From Bacteroidota bacterium (GTDB lineage: Bacteria; Bacteroidota; Ignavibacteria; Tepidaquicellales; Tepidaquicellaceae): DNA of 24,000 bases. This document shows, piece by piece, positions 1-7,686 of this stretch (the stretch's first letter is position 1; every line of letters begins with the position of its first letter). The notes below the pieces were generated by a model, which saw only the letters and a program-made list of their open reading frames with translations, ran no database searches and was not told the DNA's origin. Location of the stretch: positions 39,014-63,013 of the forward strand of contig JAFDZO010000033.1 in assembly GCA_018266845.1 (NCBI GenBank), given 5' to 3'. Made by a program: the position numbers and the translations under genes.

Positions 1-937
1 ATTCAAGAACTGCATTTCTAAGATTATTTGTAACTACCAATGTGTTTGTAATAGTATCATTAGCATGATTTAAGTCAGAGCCTGACTGTGTATATGACTT
101 AATAGTATAAGTTCCCGGTGTTGAGAAATTAAAATTAGGAAATGTTAGCAGCTGCGAAGCGCCCGGCGCTAAATTACTAACAGGCTGCGTGTTTGTATAT
201 GATCCGGGTGAAATCGTTGTAATAACTTCAAATGATTGAGCTGAAGTTCCAAAATTTTTAACGGAAACTTTTGGTCCTTTAGATTGAGGGGTAATTCCCC
301 ATTTAGGCTCTGAAATACTGTTTACCCCTATATCGGAAGAGAAGGGAGTTCCGATTTTTATATTATCCAGATATAAATTGTTTCCAAAGGCAGAAATTGC
401 GCTGAATTTAATTTTGTTCGTTCCTGCCGGGAGAATGTATCTTTTAGTTGCCCACTCAGATGCAGAAGGAACAAATAAGTGCTGAGTAGGTGAGCCGGTG
501 CGGAGAGGACCGGAAGAGCCGCCCGGTAAGTTTATTAATAATGTCCATGTGCTGCCGTTGTCAGTTGATGTATAAACGGAAAGCTGGTCGTTTTCTGATG
601 TAGCCGGAGCATAAGCATGGTCAAATCTTAAAGAGTCGCCGGCTCCTGAGGCAGAGAAAGTTTTTGTAATCAAATCGAATGTTCCTGAAGAGTAATCATA
701 AAAATCAAACATTGCAGAAGCCGAACCGGTGCCGTATCCGCTTGCATAAGATGTTCTAATCCATTGGTACGCATTTGTATTTGCAAGAGTCCATCCTGCC
801 GGAGGAAAACTTGTATTATCAAAATCCTCAATTAAGCTGACCGCCGAATAAGAATTGAGAGGTGTAAAGAACGAAAAAGTTAAAACTGCCATTAATAGAA
901 TTTTAGCAGCAATACCGGAAGTAAAGTTTGCTTTCAT
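1..937 (-). CDS. Secreted protein, N-terminal part only (gene runs off the window at nt 1). Contains a signal peptide, a choice-of-anchor-J/MAM-like module, then a CARDB-like Ig-fold region.
   Basis: Absent from the ORF track because it is open to the window edge. My manual reverse-complement translation from the ATG at 937-935 stays open down to nt 1. It reads MKANFTSGIAAKILLMAVLTFSFFTPLNSYSA VSLIEDFDNTSFPPAGWTLANTNAYQWIRTSYASGYGTGSASAMFDFYDYSSGTFDLITKTFSASGAGDSLRFDHAYAPATSENDQLSVYTSTDNGSTWTLLINL...SDIGVNSISEPKWGITPQSKGPKVSVKNFGTSAQSFEVITTISPGSY...LAPGASQLLTFPNFNFSTPGTYTIKSYTQ. The DFDN..FPP.GW opening is typical of choice-of-anchor J domains. The DIGV...V.V.N.G pattern is typical of CARDB. 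Both family names are from memory of motif patterns, not a search. Confidence 0.7.
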   Translation of the reverse strand, partial: MKANFTSGIAAKILLMAVLTFSFFTPLNSYSAVSLIEDFDNTSFPPAGWTLANTNAYQWIRTSYASGYGTGSASAMFDFYDYSSGTFDLITKTFSASGAGDSLRFDHAYAPATSENDQLSVYTSTDNGSTWTLLINLPGGSSGPLRTGSPTQHLFVPSASEWATKRYILPAGTNKIKFSAISAFGNNLYLDNIKIGTPFSSDIGVNSISEPKWGITPQSKGPKVSVKNFGTSAQSFEVITTISPGSYTNTQPVSNLAPGASQLLTFPNFNFSTPGTYTIKSYTQSGSDLNHANDTITNTLVVTNNLRNAVLE

Positions 938-1021
938 TTTCCCGCTTTAGTTTTGAAAGATAGTTCAATTATACGAGTATTCTTTTTTATAAAAAAGAAT
1001 AAATTCACTGCAAGCGGGAAA
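938..1021. repeat. Nested inverted repeats in the 100-nt spacer between two minus-strand secreted-protein genes
   Basis: The outer 10-bp arms are TTTCCCGCTT (938-947) and AAGCGGGAAA (1012-1021). The inner element is a perfect 22-bp A/T palindrome, ATTCTTTTTTATAAAAAAGAAT (979-1000). On the minus strand the outer arm ends directly against the ATG at 937. Confidence 0.6.
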
Positions 1022-1037
1022 TTTTTAAGCAAATGCC

Positions 1038-2378
1038 TTATTTTACTAATATCATTTTTCTGGTTTCTGAATAATCGCCGGAAGTTAACCGATAATAATA
1101 TGTTCCTCCTGCAAGGTTTCCTGCATTAAAATTAATTTCATAACTGCCCGGAGAATAATTTCTGCTGATTATTGTGTTAACCAATTTACCGAGATTATCA
1201 AATAGCTTTATCGTTATGAAAGACGATTTTTTCACTTCAAATGTTATTAAAGTAGAAGGATTAAAGGGGTTGGGATAATTTTGATTTAACTTAAAATCAC
1301 TTACAGCAAAATTACTTTCCGTAACTCCGATGGAATTGGGCGCAAAAATACGAGCATAATTTTTTGCAAATTCATAACGTGTTGTATGACAGGTTGTCAT
1401 GTTATCCCAGTTGATTGACCATGTCATCATACCCCTCAGGGTCGGATATGTACTTACTCTTGTATATGTTCCCGGCTTGGGACCTGTTCCCATTAGATAT
1501 TTAATAGCTGCCTGTACTGTATCCGGGTGAATAAACGAACCTGCGCCTGCTGCGCTTGAACAGGCAGGTAAGCCTACAGCAACCTGGTCTGCTCTTAATC
1601 CGGGGAACTGACCCCCTGCTGTATTAAATCCGTGGATGACGGCTTCTGTCATAGCAATAATAAAATCGGCTGTGCCTTGATTGTAAATTCTTCCGTCAAT
1701 TCCGAACATGCTTCCGCTATTGTATAACTGTACTTGAAGTATATCTATGGAATCTTTTAAAGCATAAACAACCGGAAGATATGCTCCCCATATATTTCCG
1801 AAACCGGACATTCCTCCCTGAACGTATGCGGTTTCAGGAGCCATAGTTAAATACATTTTCTTATGATGAGTATTTCTGAAATTTGTCATTAATTGTTTAA
1901 CGCCTTCTATCAGGTTTATTATTGGAGCATCAACAGGATTGGCAATAGTTCCTCCTGTTAGCGAAGTAGAATTTTCCAAATCAATATCTATTCCGTCGAA
2001 ATGATATGTATTTATTATACCCGTCATTGAGCTGACAAACGTATTCATTTCAGTTGCATTGTGCAGTATAACCTTCGCCGTTGCTCCGCCTATGGAAATT
2101 ACAACTTTCTTTCCTCTTGCCTTCATGCTGTCAATCTGAGCAATTAGAGTTGCCTGTGAAACAGCGTCAGGTGTAAAACTCATATTGTAAGTTGTTCCTC
2201 CTTGCGGAACAGCAAATGATACTTCGATTACATTATAAGTTGTATCAACCTGTGTAAGGTGGATGTAAGGGCTTTGGGAATCCTGCCAGTTTTGCCAATA
2301 CCCGACCAATGAGCGTGTTTGAGCAAGTATGCTGTTTGTTAACACTATAAAAATGAGAAGCAAAAATATTTTTTTCAT
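1038..2378 (-). CDS. GH18 chitinase with Por/T9SS C-terminal sorting domain
   Basis: 446-aa ORF with signal peptide MKKIFLLLIFIVLTNSILA/Q. It carries the GH18 catalytic motif FDGIDIDLE (DxxDxDxE), the SxGG motif ISIGGA, and the QLYN and MTWSINWD motifs. The last ~80 aa (NYPNPFNPSTLITFEV...GTYYYRLTSGDYSETRKMILVK) fit the T9SS C-terminal sorting domain pattern. Confidence 0.9.
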   Translation of the reverse strand: MKKIFLLLIFIVLTNSILAQTRSLVGYWQNWQDSQSPYIHLTQVDTTYNVIEVSFAVPQGGTTYNMSFTPDAVSQATLIAQIDSMKARGKKVVISIGGATAKVILHNATEMNTFVSSMTGIINTYHFDGIDIDLENSTSLTGGTIANPVDAPIINLIEGVKQLMTNFRNTHHKKMYLTMAPETAYVQGGMSGFGNIWGAYLPVVYALKDSIDILQVQLYNSGSMFGIDGRIYNQGTADFIIAMTEAVIHGFNTAGGQFPGLRADQVAVGLPACSSAAGAGSFIHPDTVQAAIKYLMGTGPKPGTYTRVSTYPTLRGMMTWSINWDNMTTCHTTRYEFAKNYARIFAPNSIGVTESNFAVSDFKLNQNYPNPFNPSTLITFEVKKSSFITIKLFDNLGKLVNTIISRNYSPGSYEINFNAGNLAGGTYYYRLTSGDYSETRKMILVK

Positions 2379-2607
2379 ACAATAAATTTTATTTCCAAAA
2401 ACATAAATACTTTATTACAAATTAGCAAAAAGAAAATATGAAAGTTTACTTAAATTTAAAGCACTTTTCGGGTTTCTGCGTTTAATAAATAGTTGATATT
2501 TTGATGTTTTAATGAGCTGTGCCAATACCTTGAGATTTTATTTATCCTTCTAATTTTATTATTCCTTCTAAAAAAGTTATATTTGATGTAAATATCGAGT
2601 ATTTTTT

Positions 2608-4050
2608 ATGAAGAATAGCAAGCTTGCCTCGCTTTTATCTAAGCTTGATAAAAATGAGTTAAAGGAATTCGGAAAATTTGTGAAATCGCCTTACTTTAAC
2701 TCAAATGCAAAAGTTGTTAAGCTGTATGAACTAATTGCAAAGCATTTCCCTGAATTTGAAAGCGCGAAGCTTTCTAAGGAAAATATTTATAAGCACATTT
2801 ACCCGTCAGAGAAATACAACGATAGCACTGTGAGGGGTTTATTGGCATCTATGCTGAAGCTTGGGGAAGAGTTCTTAGTTGTAAGTCATTTCAAAGTTGA
2901 AAAACATTATTATGATGAATTTCTTCTATCGGAGCTTGCAGACAGAAGAATATTTGACCTCTTTAATATTAATTATAAAAAAATAACTGAAGAATTAGAA
3001 AACTCGAATTCAAAAGATGAAGAATATTATTATTTGAAATTCAGAATAGAGACAAAGCGCAACTCGATACTAAGTAAAACCTTTATTCCGCTCACGCAAA
3101 AAGATATTCCGGGCGATATGAGAACGGAAGATTCGGATGCGCTGATTAATTTTTTTCTTATCTCACTCTACAAAAGGTATAACTATCTTCTCACCAAGAT
3201 GGGCAGCCTGAATGTTTCCGCCGAAATGGACTTTTTAAATGAAACTCTCGATTATTTAGGCAGGAAAGACTTAAAGAAAATTCCGACTCTCAACTTCCAT
3301 TATAACCGGGCTATGCTGTATCTTTCGGGTATGGATGAAAAGTACTTCTTAAAGCTGAAAGATATTCTTTTTAATGACTTTAACAGCTTAGACCACACTG
3401 AGAGATACAATATAATGGCTGTCTTGCAAAATTATTGCGTTCAGAAAGCGCGCGACAAGGAAGATGCTATGGGGCAAATTCAATATGAGCTTTATAATTT
3501 TGCAATTGCGAAAGATATTCTTACCTTTGACAATGTAGAGCCGGTTCACCATATACTTTTTTCAAACATCGTTACGGCAATGCTTTTCGTGAACAAAATT
3601 GATGAAGCGAAAAATTTTATAAAAAAATTTAAAACAAGGGTTGCGCCGGATAGAATGGAATCGGCGGAAAACCTTAATATGGCAAAAATCTGCTTTAAGG
3701 AAAAAAAATACGAAGATGCGTTAACGTTATTGGTCAAAGTTCGGCATGAAGATGTTTTTTACAAAATCGGGATAAAAAATCTTTATGCAATGATATATTA
3801 TGAGATGAACTATATAGAAGAATTATTTATGCAGCTTGATTCGTATAAAAGTTTTATAAGCAGCAATGTTCTTCTGGGAAAGCGCCTCAAAGAAAGCCAT
3901 TCCAATTTTGTTAACTTTCTTTTGAAGCTGGTTAAACTAAAAGATATAGGAAAAAAAGATGATATTGAATACTTAGAGCATGAGATAAAAAAAACATATT
4001 CTCTTACAGGTAAAGCGTGGCTGTTAAAAAAAATTGATGAGCTAAAATAG
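2608..4050 (+). CDS. Hypothetical all-alpha protein with TPR-like C-terminal repeats; no family recognised
   Basis: 480-aa ORF, by far the longest frame in this interval. The composition is K/E/L-rich and helical, with no signal peptide or TM segment. TPR-like stretches include AKICFKEKKYEDALTLLVKV and VTAMLFVNKIDEAKNFIKKF. The N-terminus is LSKLDKNELKEFGKFVKSPYFN. Confidence 0.7.
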   Translation: MKNSKLASLLSKLDKNELKEFGKFVKSPYFNSNAKVVKLYELIAKHFPEFESAKLSKENIYKHIYPSEKYNDSTVRGLLASMLKLGEEFLVVSHFKVEKHYYDEFLLSELADRRIFDLFNINYKKITEELENSNSKDEEYYYLKFRIETKRNSILSKTFIPLTQKDIPGDMRTEDSDALINFFLISLYKRYNYLLTKMGSLNVSAEMDFLNETLDYLGRKDLKKIPTLNFHYNRAMLYLSGMDEKYFLKLKDILFNDFNSLDHTERYNIMAVLQNYCVQKARDKEDAMGQIQYELYNFAIAKDILTFDNVEPVHHILFSNIVTAMLFVNKIDEAKNFIKKFKTRVAPDRMESAENLNMAKICFKEKKYEDALTLLVKVRHEDVFYKIGIKNLYAMIYYEMNYIEELFMQLDSYKSFISSNVLLGKRLKESHSNFVNFLLKLVKLKDIGKKDDIEYLEHEIKKTYSLTGKAWLLKKIDELK

Positions 4051-4056
4051 TTTTTG

Positions 4057-4737
4057 CTAGTTACTCAATGAATAAACTATAATATTTGTTCCCATCTTAA
4101 ATGACTCCTCTTTTTTTTCCGGCGGGTCGTTATGCTCTTTCGTATCAGCCCATCCGTCAGATATATTTGTTTCGTAGGTATAATACATGCAAAGTCTTCC
4201 GTTTTTATAAATGCCGAATCCCTGTGCCGGCTTACCATCGTGCTCATGAATTTTTGGCAGTCCGTTAGGAAATTTAAAATGCGAAGAATATATCGGGTGC
4301 GAAAAAGGCAGCTCTTTCATTTCATCATTCGGGAATATTTTCTTTATCTCCTTTCTGAAAGCTTCATCCATTCCGTAGTCATCATCGGCATAAAGAAATC
4401 CTCCGCTATCACAATATTTTCTCAAGCGGGCAGCTTCTGTTTCGGAGAAAGAAATATTACCATGACCAGTCAGCAAAATAAAAGGGTAATTGAATATATC
4501 ATCTGACGCGACATCAACAGAATAAAATTTCGGTTCATCTACATCAATTGTGGTGTTTTTCTTGAGGTAGTCCATCATGTTTACTTCGGCAGAGGGGTCG
4601 TTATACCAGTCGCCGCCGCCTGAGTATTTCAGGCGGGCGATTTTAAAAGGGGATGAATTTTTGTTCACACCGTCATTCTGCGCATAAATATTTGTGCCTA
4701 TAAGTAGAAAAAAAAATACAACTGCTAAAATTTTCAT
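4057..4737 (-). CDS. Secreted DUF4159-like protein
   Basis: 226-aa ORF with signal peptide MKILAVVFFFLLIGTNIYA/Q. The motif IARLKYSGGGDWYNDPSAEVNM, followed by FILLTGHGNISFSETEAARLRKYCDSGGFLYADDDYG, matches my memory of the DUF4159 N-terminal signature. The stop lies 6 nt from the convergent upstream gene. Confidence 0.75.
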   Translation of the reverse strand: MKILAVVFFFLLIGTNIYAQNDGVNKNSSPFKIARLKYSGGGDWYNDPSAEVNMMDYLKKNTTIDVDEPKFYSVDVASDDIFNYPFILLTGHGNISFSETEAARLRKYCDSGGFLYADDDYGMDEAFRKEIKKIFPNDEMKELPFSHPIYSSHFKFPNGLPKIHEHDGKPAQGFGIYKNGRLCMYYTYETNISDGWADTKEHNDPPEKKEESFKMGTNIIVYSLSN

Positions 4738-5044
4738 AATAAATTTTACTTCTTTGTTTGCATAATAGTTTCATTGTAGCAAAATTGTAACATTTTACTT
4801 GTAACTTCCCCTTCCTTTTTACAAGGGAGAACATGTGCTGCATTGTCGCATTTTTGCCGCATTTATTTTAGAAATATTGAAAAAACAATAACGGCAATCT
4901 AAAAAAATCCGGCATTGACGGGTTTTTGTCGGGTTTTGTTTACATTCCACTTCAACGGGATTCTGCAAAATAAAAGAGCGATTAAACACGTTTCCTATCG
5001 GCATTTAATATAATAATTACCTCATTTCTATGCAAAACAATTCC

Positions 5045-5072
5045 GCCTATTACTAGTAATAGGCATTTTTTT
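5045..5072 (+). terminator. Orphan intrinsic-terminator-like hairpin, or alternatively a palindromic operator, 40 nt upstream of the ABC operon start codon
   Basis: Perfect 20-bp palindrome GCCTATTACTAGTAATAGGC (5045-5064), which folds as an 8-bp stem with a CTAG loop. It is followed immediately by ATTTTTTTC on the + strand. No + strand CDS precedes it within 1 kb. The minus-strand flank (GGAATTGTTTTGC) is less T-rich. Confidence 0.45.
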
Positions 5073-5111
5073 CTCAATTCCTTTTTGCAAATGATTTGTA
5101 TAAATTAACAA

Positions 5112-5774
5112 ATGCTCAGAATCAGTAATTTACAAAAAAGGTTCAGAAACGCCGATGGTGAAGTAACGGAAGTGATAAATATACCGGATTTCTCTTTGCA
5201 GGAAAATTTTAGATTAGCAATTTCCGGCAGGAGCGGTTCCGGCAAAAGCACATTTTTAAATCTTGTTTCAGGAATTATCTCTGCCGATAGCGGTGAAATT
5301 ATTTTTAACGATAAAAACATTTCATCCTTAACCGAATCTAAGCGGGATATATTCCGCTCGCAAAATATCGGATACATTTTCCAGACATTCAATCTGCTTC
5401 AGGCATTTACAGCAATAGAAAATGTAATGCTCGGAATGATGTTCGCTGGAAAAAGCGGCAGGAAAAATGCGGAAGCTCTATTAAACAAAGTCGGACTTGG
5501 CAAAAAAATAAACCATAAGCCTGCTGAGCTTTCAGTTGGGGAGCAGCAGAGAGTTGCCATTGCGCGCGCAGTAGCAAATTCTCCGAAGCTTATCTTAGCC
5601 GACGAGCCTACTGCAAATCTCGATGCAAAGAACGGCGGGATTGCAATTGACCTGATAAAAAATATCTGTGAAGAAAACAAAATTTCTTTGATGCTTGTTT
5701 CCCATGAAGCGGATATTATTAACAGGTTTGAGCACAAAATTAATTTTGAAGATATAAATAAGGTAAGTGCATGA
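5112..5774 (+). CDS. ABC transporter ATP-binding protein, LolD/MacB-type
   Basis: Walker A GRSGSGKST, Q-loop IFQ, signature LSVGEQQRVAIARA, Walker B LILADEPT, D-loop NLD, H-loop VSHE. The stop overlaps the next gene's start (ATGA at 5771-5774). Confidence 0.9.
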   Translation: MLRISNLQKRFRNADGEVTEVINIPDFSLQENFRLAISGRSGSGKSTFLNLVSGIISADSGEIIFNDKNISSLTESKRDIFRSQNIGYIFQTFNLLQAFTAIENVMLGMMFAGKSGRKNAEALLNKVGLGKKINHKPAELSVGEQQRVAIARAVANSPKLILADEPTANLDAKNGGIAIDLIKNICEENKISLMLVSHEADIINRFEHKINFEDINKVSA

Positions 5775-7066
5775 GCATCTTCAGAATCGTTCTTAAAAAT
5801 ATTAAGCAAAGAAGTCTTGCATCGGTTTTAACTGTCTTTTCTATTATGCTGGGAGTTGCACTTGTAATTTCAATTTTGATTCTTAAGCAGGAAAGTCAGG
5901 ATGCGTTTAATCAGACTGCAACAGGATATGAATTAATTATCGGACCCAAGGGCAGCTCGCTGCAGCTTACGCTGAATACGATTTATCATATCGGAGTGCC
6001 GATACAAAATATTCCCTACGATACATATACAAAGCTGAAAGATGATAAGCGCGTTAAGCTTGCAATTCCCTACGTACTCGGAGATAATTATAAAAATCAC
6101 AGACTGATTGGCACTGTACCGGAAATTTTTTCAGAGTTTAATTATCAGAAAGATAAAAAGTACAAGCTGAAAGAAGGGAAGTTCTTTGAAAAAGATTTTG
6201 AAGCAGTGATAGGAAGTGAAGCAGCTTTGAAAACAGGACTGAAGGTTGGTGATAAATTTTCCGGCTCTCACGGAGTTGAAGCATATGAAAATGCAGGGGA
6301 TATTTTAGACCATAAGGAATTTAAGTTTACTGTTACGGGAATTCTTGAGAAAACTTTTACTCCCTCAGATAATGTAATTTTTACTTCGATGAATTCCACA
6401 TGGGGAATTCATCATCATGAAGCGGAGGAAAAACGGAACGAGAATAAACCAAAAGATGAACATAATCATAACCACGATGAGCATTTACATGAAATGAAAG
6501 ATTCAGAAAAATCAGTTACTGCAGTATTAATCAGCTTAAAAAGCCCTGTTTACTTTGATTTGCTTCGCAGACAGGTAAACGAAAACAAATATGATGGAAT
6601 AAATGCGCAGGCAGTTATTCCGGTTTTTGAAATAAAACAACTCTTTGATATAATCGGGAATATTAATTCCATATTGATTGTAATTGCTTACTTAGTGGTG
6701 TTTGTTGCAGTGATTTCAATTTTAGTTTCGATTTACAATTCAATGAATGAACGCAAAAGGGACATTGCAATAATGCGCTCGCTCGGAGCGCGTAAAAATA
6801 CAATACTGAATATAATTCTTACAGAAGGACTTTTAGTAAGTTTTATTGGTGGAATACTCGGAATTATTATTTCTCATTTATTAATTTTTATTTTAAAAGA
6901 TACAATTTCAAATGTTGCAGGAATACAAATTAACGGAACCGGATTTTATCCGTTTGAATTATATATATTAACAGGGACAGTTTTACTGGGAGTTTTTGTT
7001 ACACTAATTCCTGCGTTGAAGGCATACAACACCGATGTTGCAAGTAATCTTGCACCGGTAAGTTAA
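5771..7066 (+). CDS. ABC transporter permease, FtsX/MacB fold (1 TM, large periplasmic domain, 3 TM), with a His-rich insertion
   Basis: 431 aa. The N-terminal TM is LASVLTVFSIMLGVALVISILIL. A ~260-aa extracytoplasmic domain follows, then the C-terminal FtsX-type bundle (ILIVIAYLVVFVAVISILVSIYNSMNERKRDIAIMRSLGA..., plus 2 more TMs). The insertion WGIHHHEAEEKRNENKPKDEHNHNHDEHLHEMKD lies in the periplasmic domain. Confidence 0.85.
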   Translation: MSIFRIVLKNIKQRSLASVLTVFSIMLGVALVISILILKQESQDAFNQTATGYELIIGPKGSSLQLTLNTIYHIGVPIQNIPYDTYTKLKDDKRVKLAIPYVLGDNYKNHRLIGTVPEIFSEFNYQKDKKYKLKEGKFFEKDFEAVIGSEAALKTGLKVGDKFSGSHGVEAYENAGDILDHKEFKFTVTGILEKTFTPSDNVIFTSMNSTWGIHHHEAEEKRNENKPKDEHNHNHDEHLHEMKDSEKSVTAVLISLKSPVYFDLLRRQVNENKYDGINAQAVIPVFEIKQLFDIIGNINSILIVIAYLVVFVAVISILVSIYNSMNERKRDIAIMRSLGARKNTILNIILTEGLLVSFIGGILGIIISHLLIFILKDTISNVAGIQINGTGFYPFELYILTGTVLLGVFVTLIPALKAYNTDVASNLAPVS

Positions 7067-7071
7067 AAAGA

Positions 7072-7686
7072 ATGAACAGATTGAAAAAAAATATCGCAAA
7101 CAACGTTCCTTATCTCGGCTATGCAGTTTTTATAATGGCAATTTGTTTAAGTTTTTTTTCCAATAAAGATACGAGCGGAAAAAACTTTGTATATAATACC
7201 AAAGGCGAGAAAGTTGAATTAAGCAAAATAAATTTTTCGGGAAAAAGCGATTCATCAAAGAAAGGCTCTCTTGACGGCTCGCAGCAGATTAATACTCCTA
7301 AAACTGATTTTACTCCTATAGATACATCAAAACCGTTCAACAGGCTTACCTTCAGAGTTCTAAGGACGTATGTTCCGGGGCAGCCGGTACCAAAAGACAT
7401 AAAAGAATTAGACGGAAAAAATGTTGAGATACTTGGCTTTATGACACCTCTGAACGCGCTGGAAAAAATGGACGAGTTTCTTTTGTGCTCTCAGCCGCCT
7501 TTAAGCTGTTACTGCGCTCCTCCTATTTTCATAAATGAGATAATATATGTAAAGCTTGTGAACGGAGTCAAAACAGATTATTTAACGGGAGCAGTTACCG
7601 TAAAAGGCAGGCTTAAAGTTAATATGGATGTCAAAGACGAATACTCCGATGTAATTTATACTATAGAAGGAGTTTCCATTTATTAA
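7072..7686 (+). CDS. Membrane-anchored DUF3299-like protein
   Basis: 204 aa with N-terminal anchor YLGYAVFIMAICLSFF. The C-terminal block VEILGFMTPLNALEKMDEFLLCSQPPLSCYCAPPIFINEIIYVKL matches my memory of the DUF3299 pattern: G-F-x-x-P-L...FLL...C..C..PP..N-E-I-I-x-V. There is a 5-nt gap to the permease gene. Confidence 0.7.
   Translation: MNRLKKNIANNVPYLGYAVFIMAICLSFFSNKDTSGKNFVYNTKGEKVELSKINFSGKSDSSKKGSLDGSQQINTPKTDFTPIDTSKPFNRLTFRVLRTYVPGQPVPKDIKELDGKNVEILGFMTPLNALEKMDEFLLCSQPPLSCYCAPPIFINEIIYVKLVNGVKTDYLTGAVTVKGRLKVNMDVKDEYSDVIYTIEGVSIY

Noticed and set aside
4708-4716. A9/T9 homopolymer in the signal-peptide coding region of the DUF4159 gene as a possible slipped-strand phase-variation tract.
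   Set aside because: It simply encodes FFF in a hydrophobic signal peptide. 8-9-nt A/T runs recur throughout this AT-rich window (for example near 3990, 4025, 7084 and 23702), so there is no specific signal.
4819-5004. 61-aa minus-strand ORF in the long spacer with a zinc-ribbon-like spacing, CRYC-x15-CSTC (MPIGNVFNRSF...DCRYCFFNISKINAAKMRQCSTCSPL), next to the putative zinc cluster.
   Set aside because: It sits at the 60-aa track threshold, with no convincing RBS (GAGGT is 16 nt from the ATG) and no recognisable family. The Cys codons could be chance in the GC-richer part of the spacer. It is worth a tblastn or ribosome-profiling check, but I cannot support it as a gene.
5003-5020. AT-rich stretch ATTTAATATAATAATTAC as a possible Fur/Zur box upstream of the ABC operon.
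   Set aside because: It is not a true palindrome (TAATATAATAATTA versus reverse complement TAATTATTATATTA). It does not match the 7-1-7 Fur/Zur/PerR consensus sequences I know, and it is indistinguishable from background AT-rich sequence.
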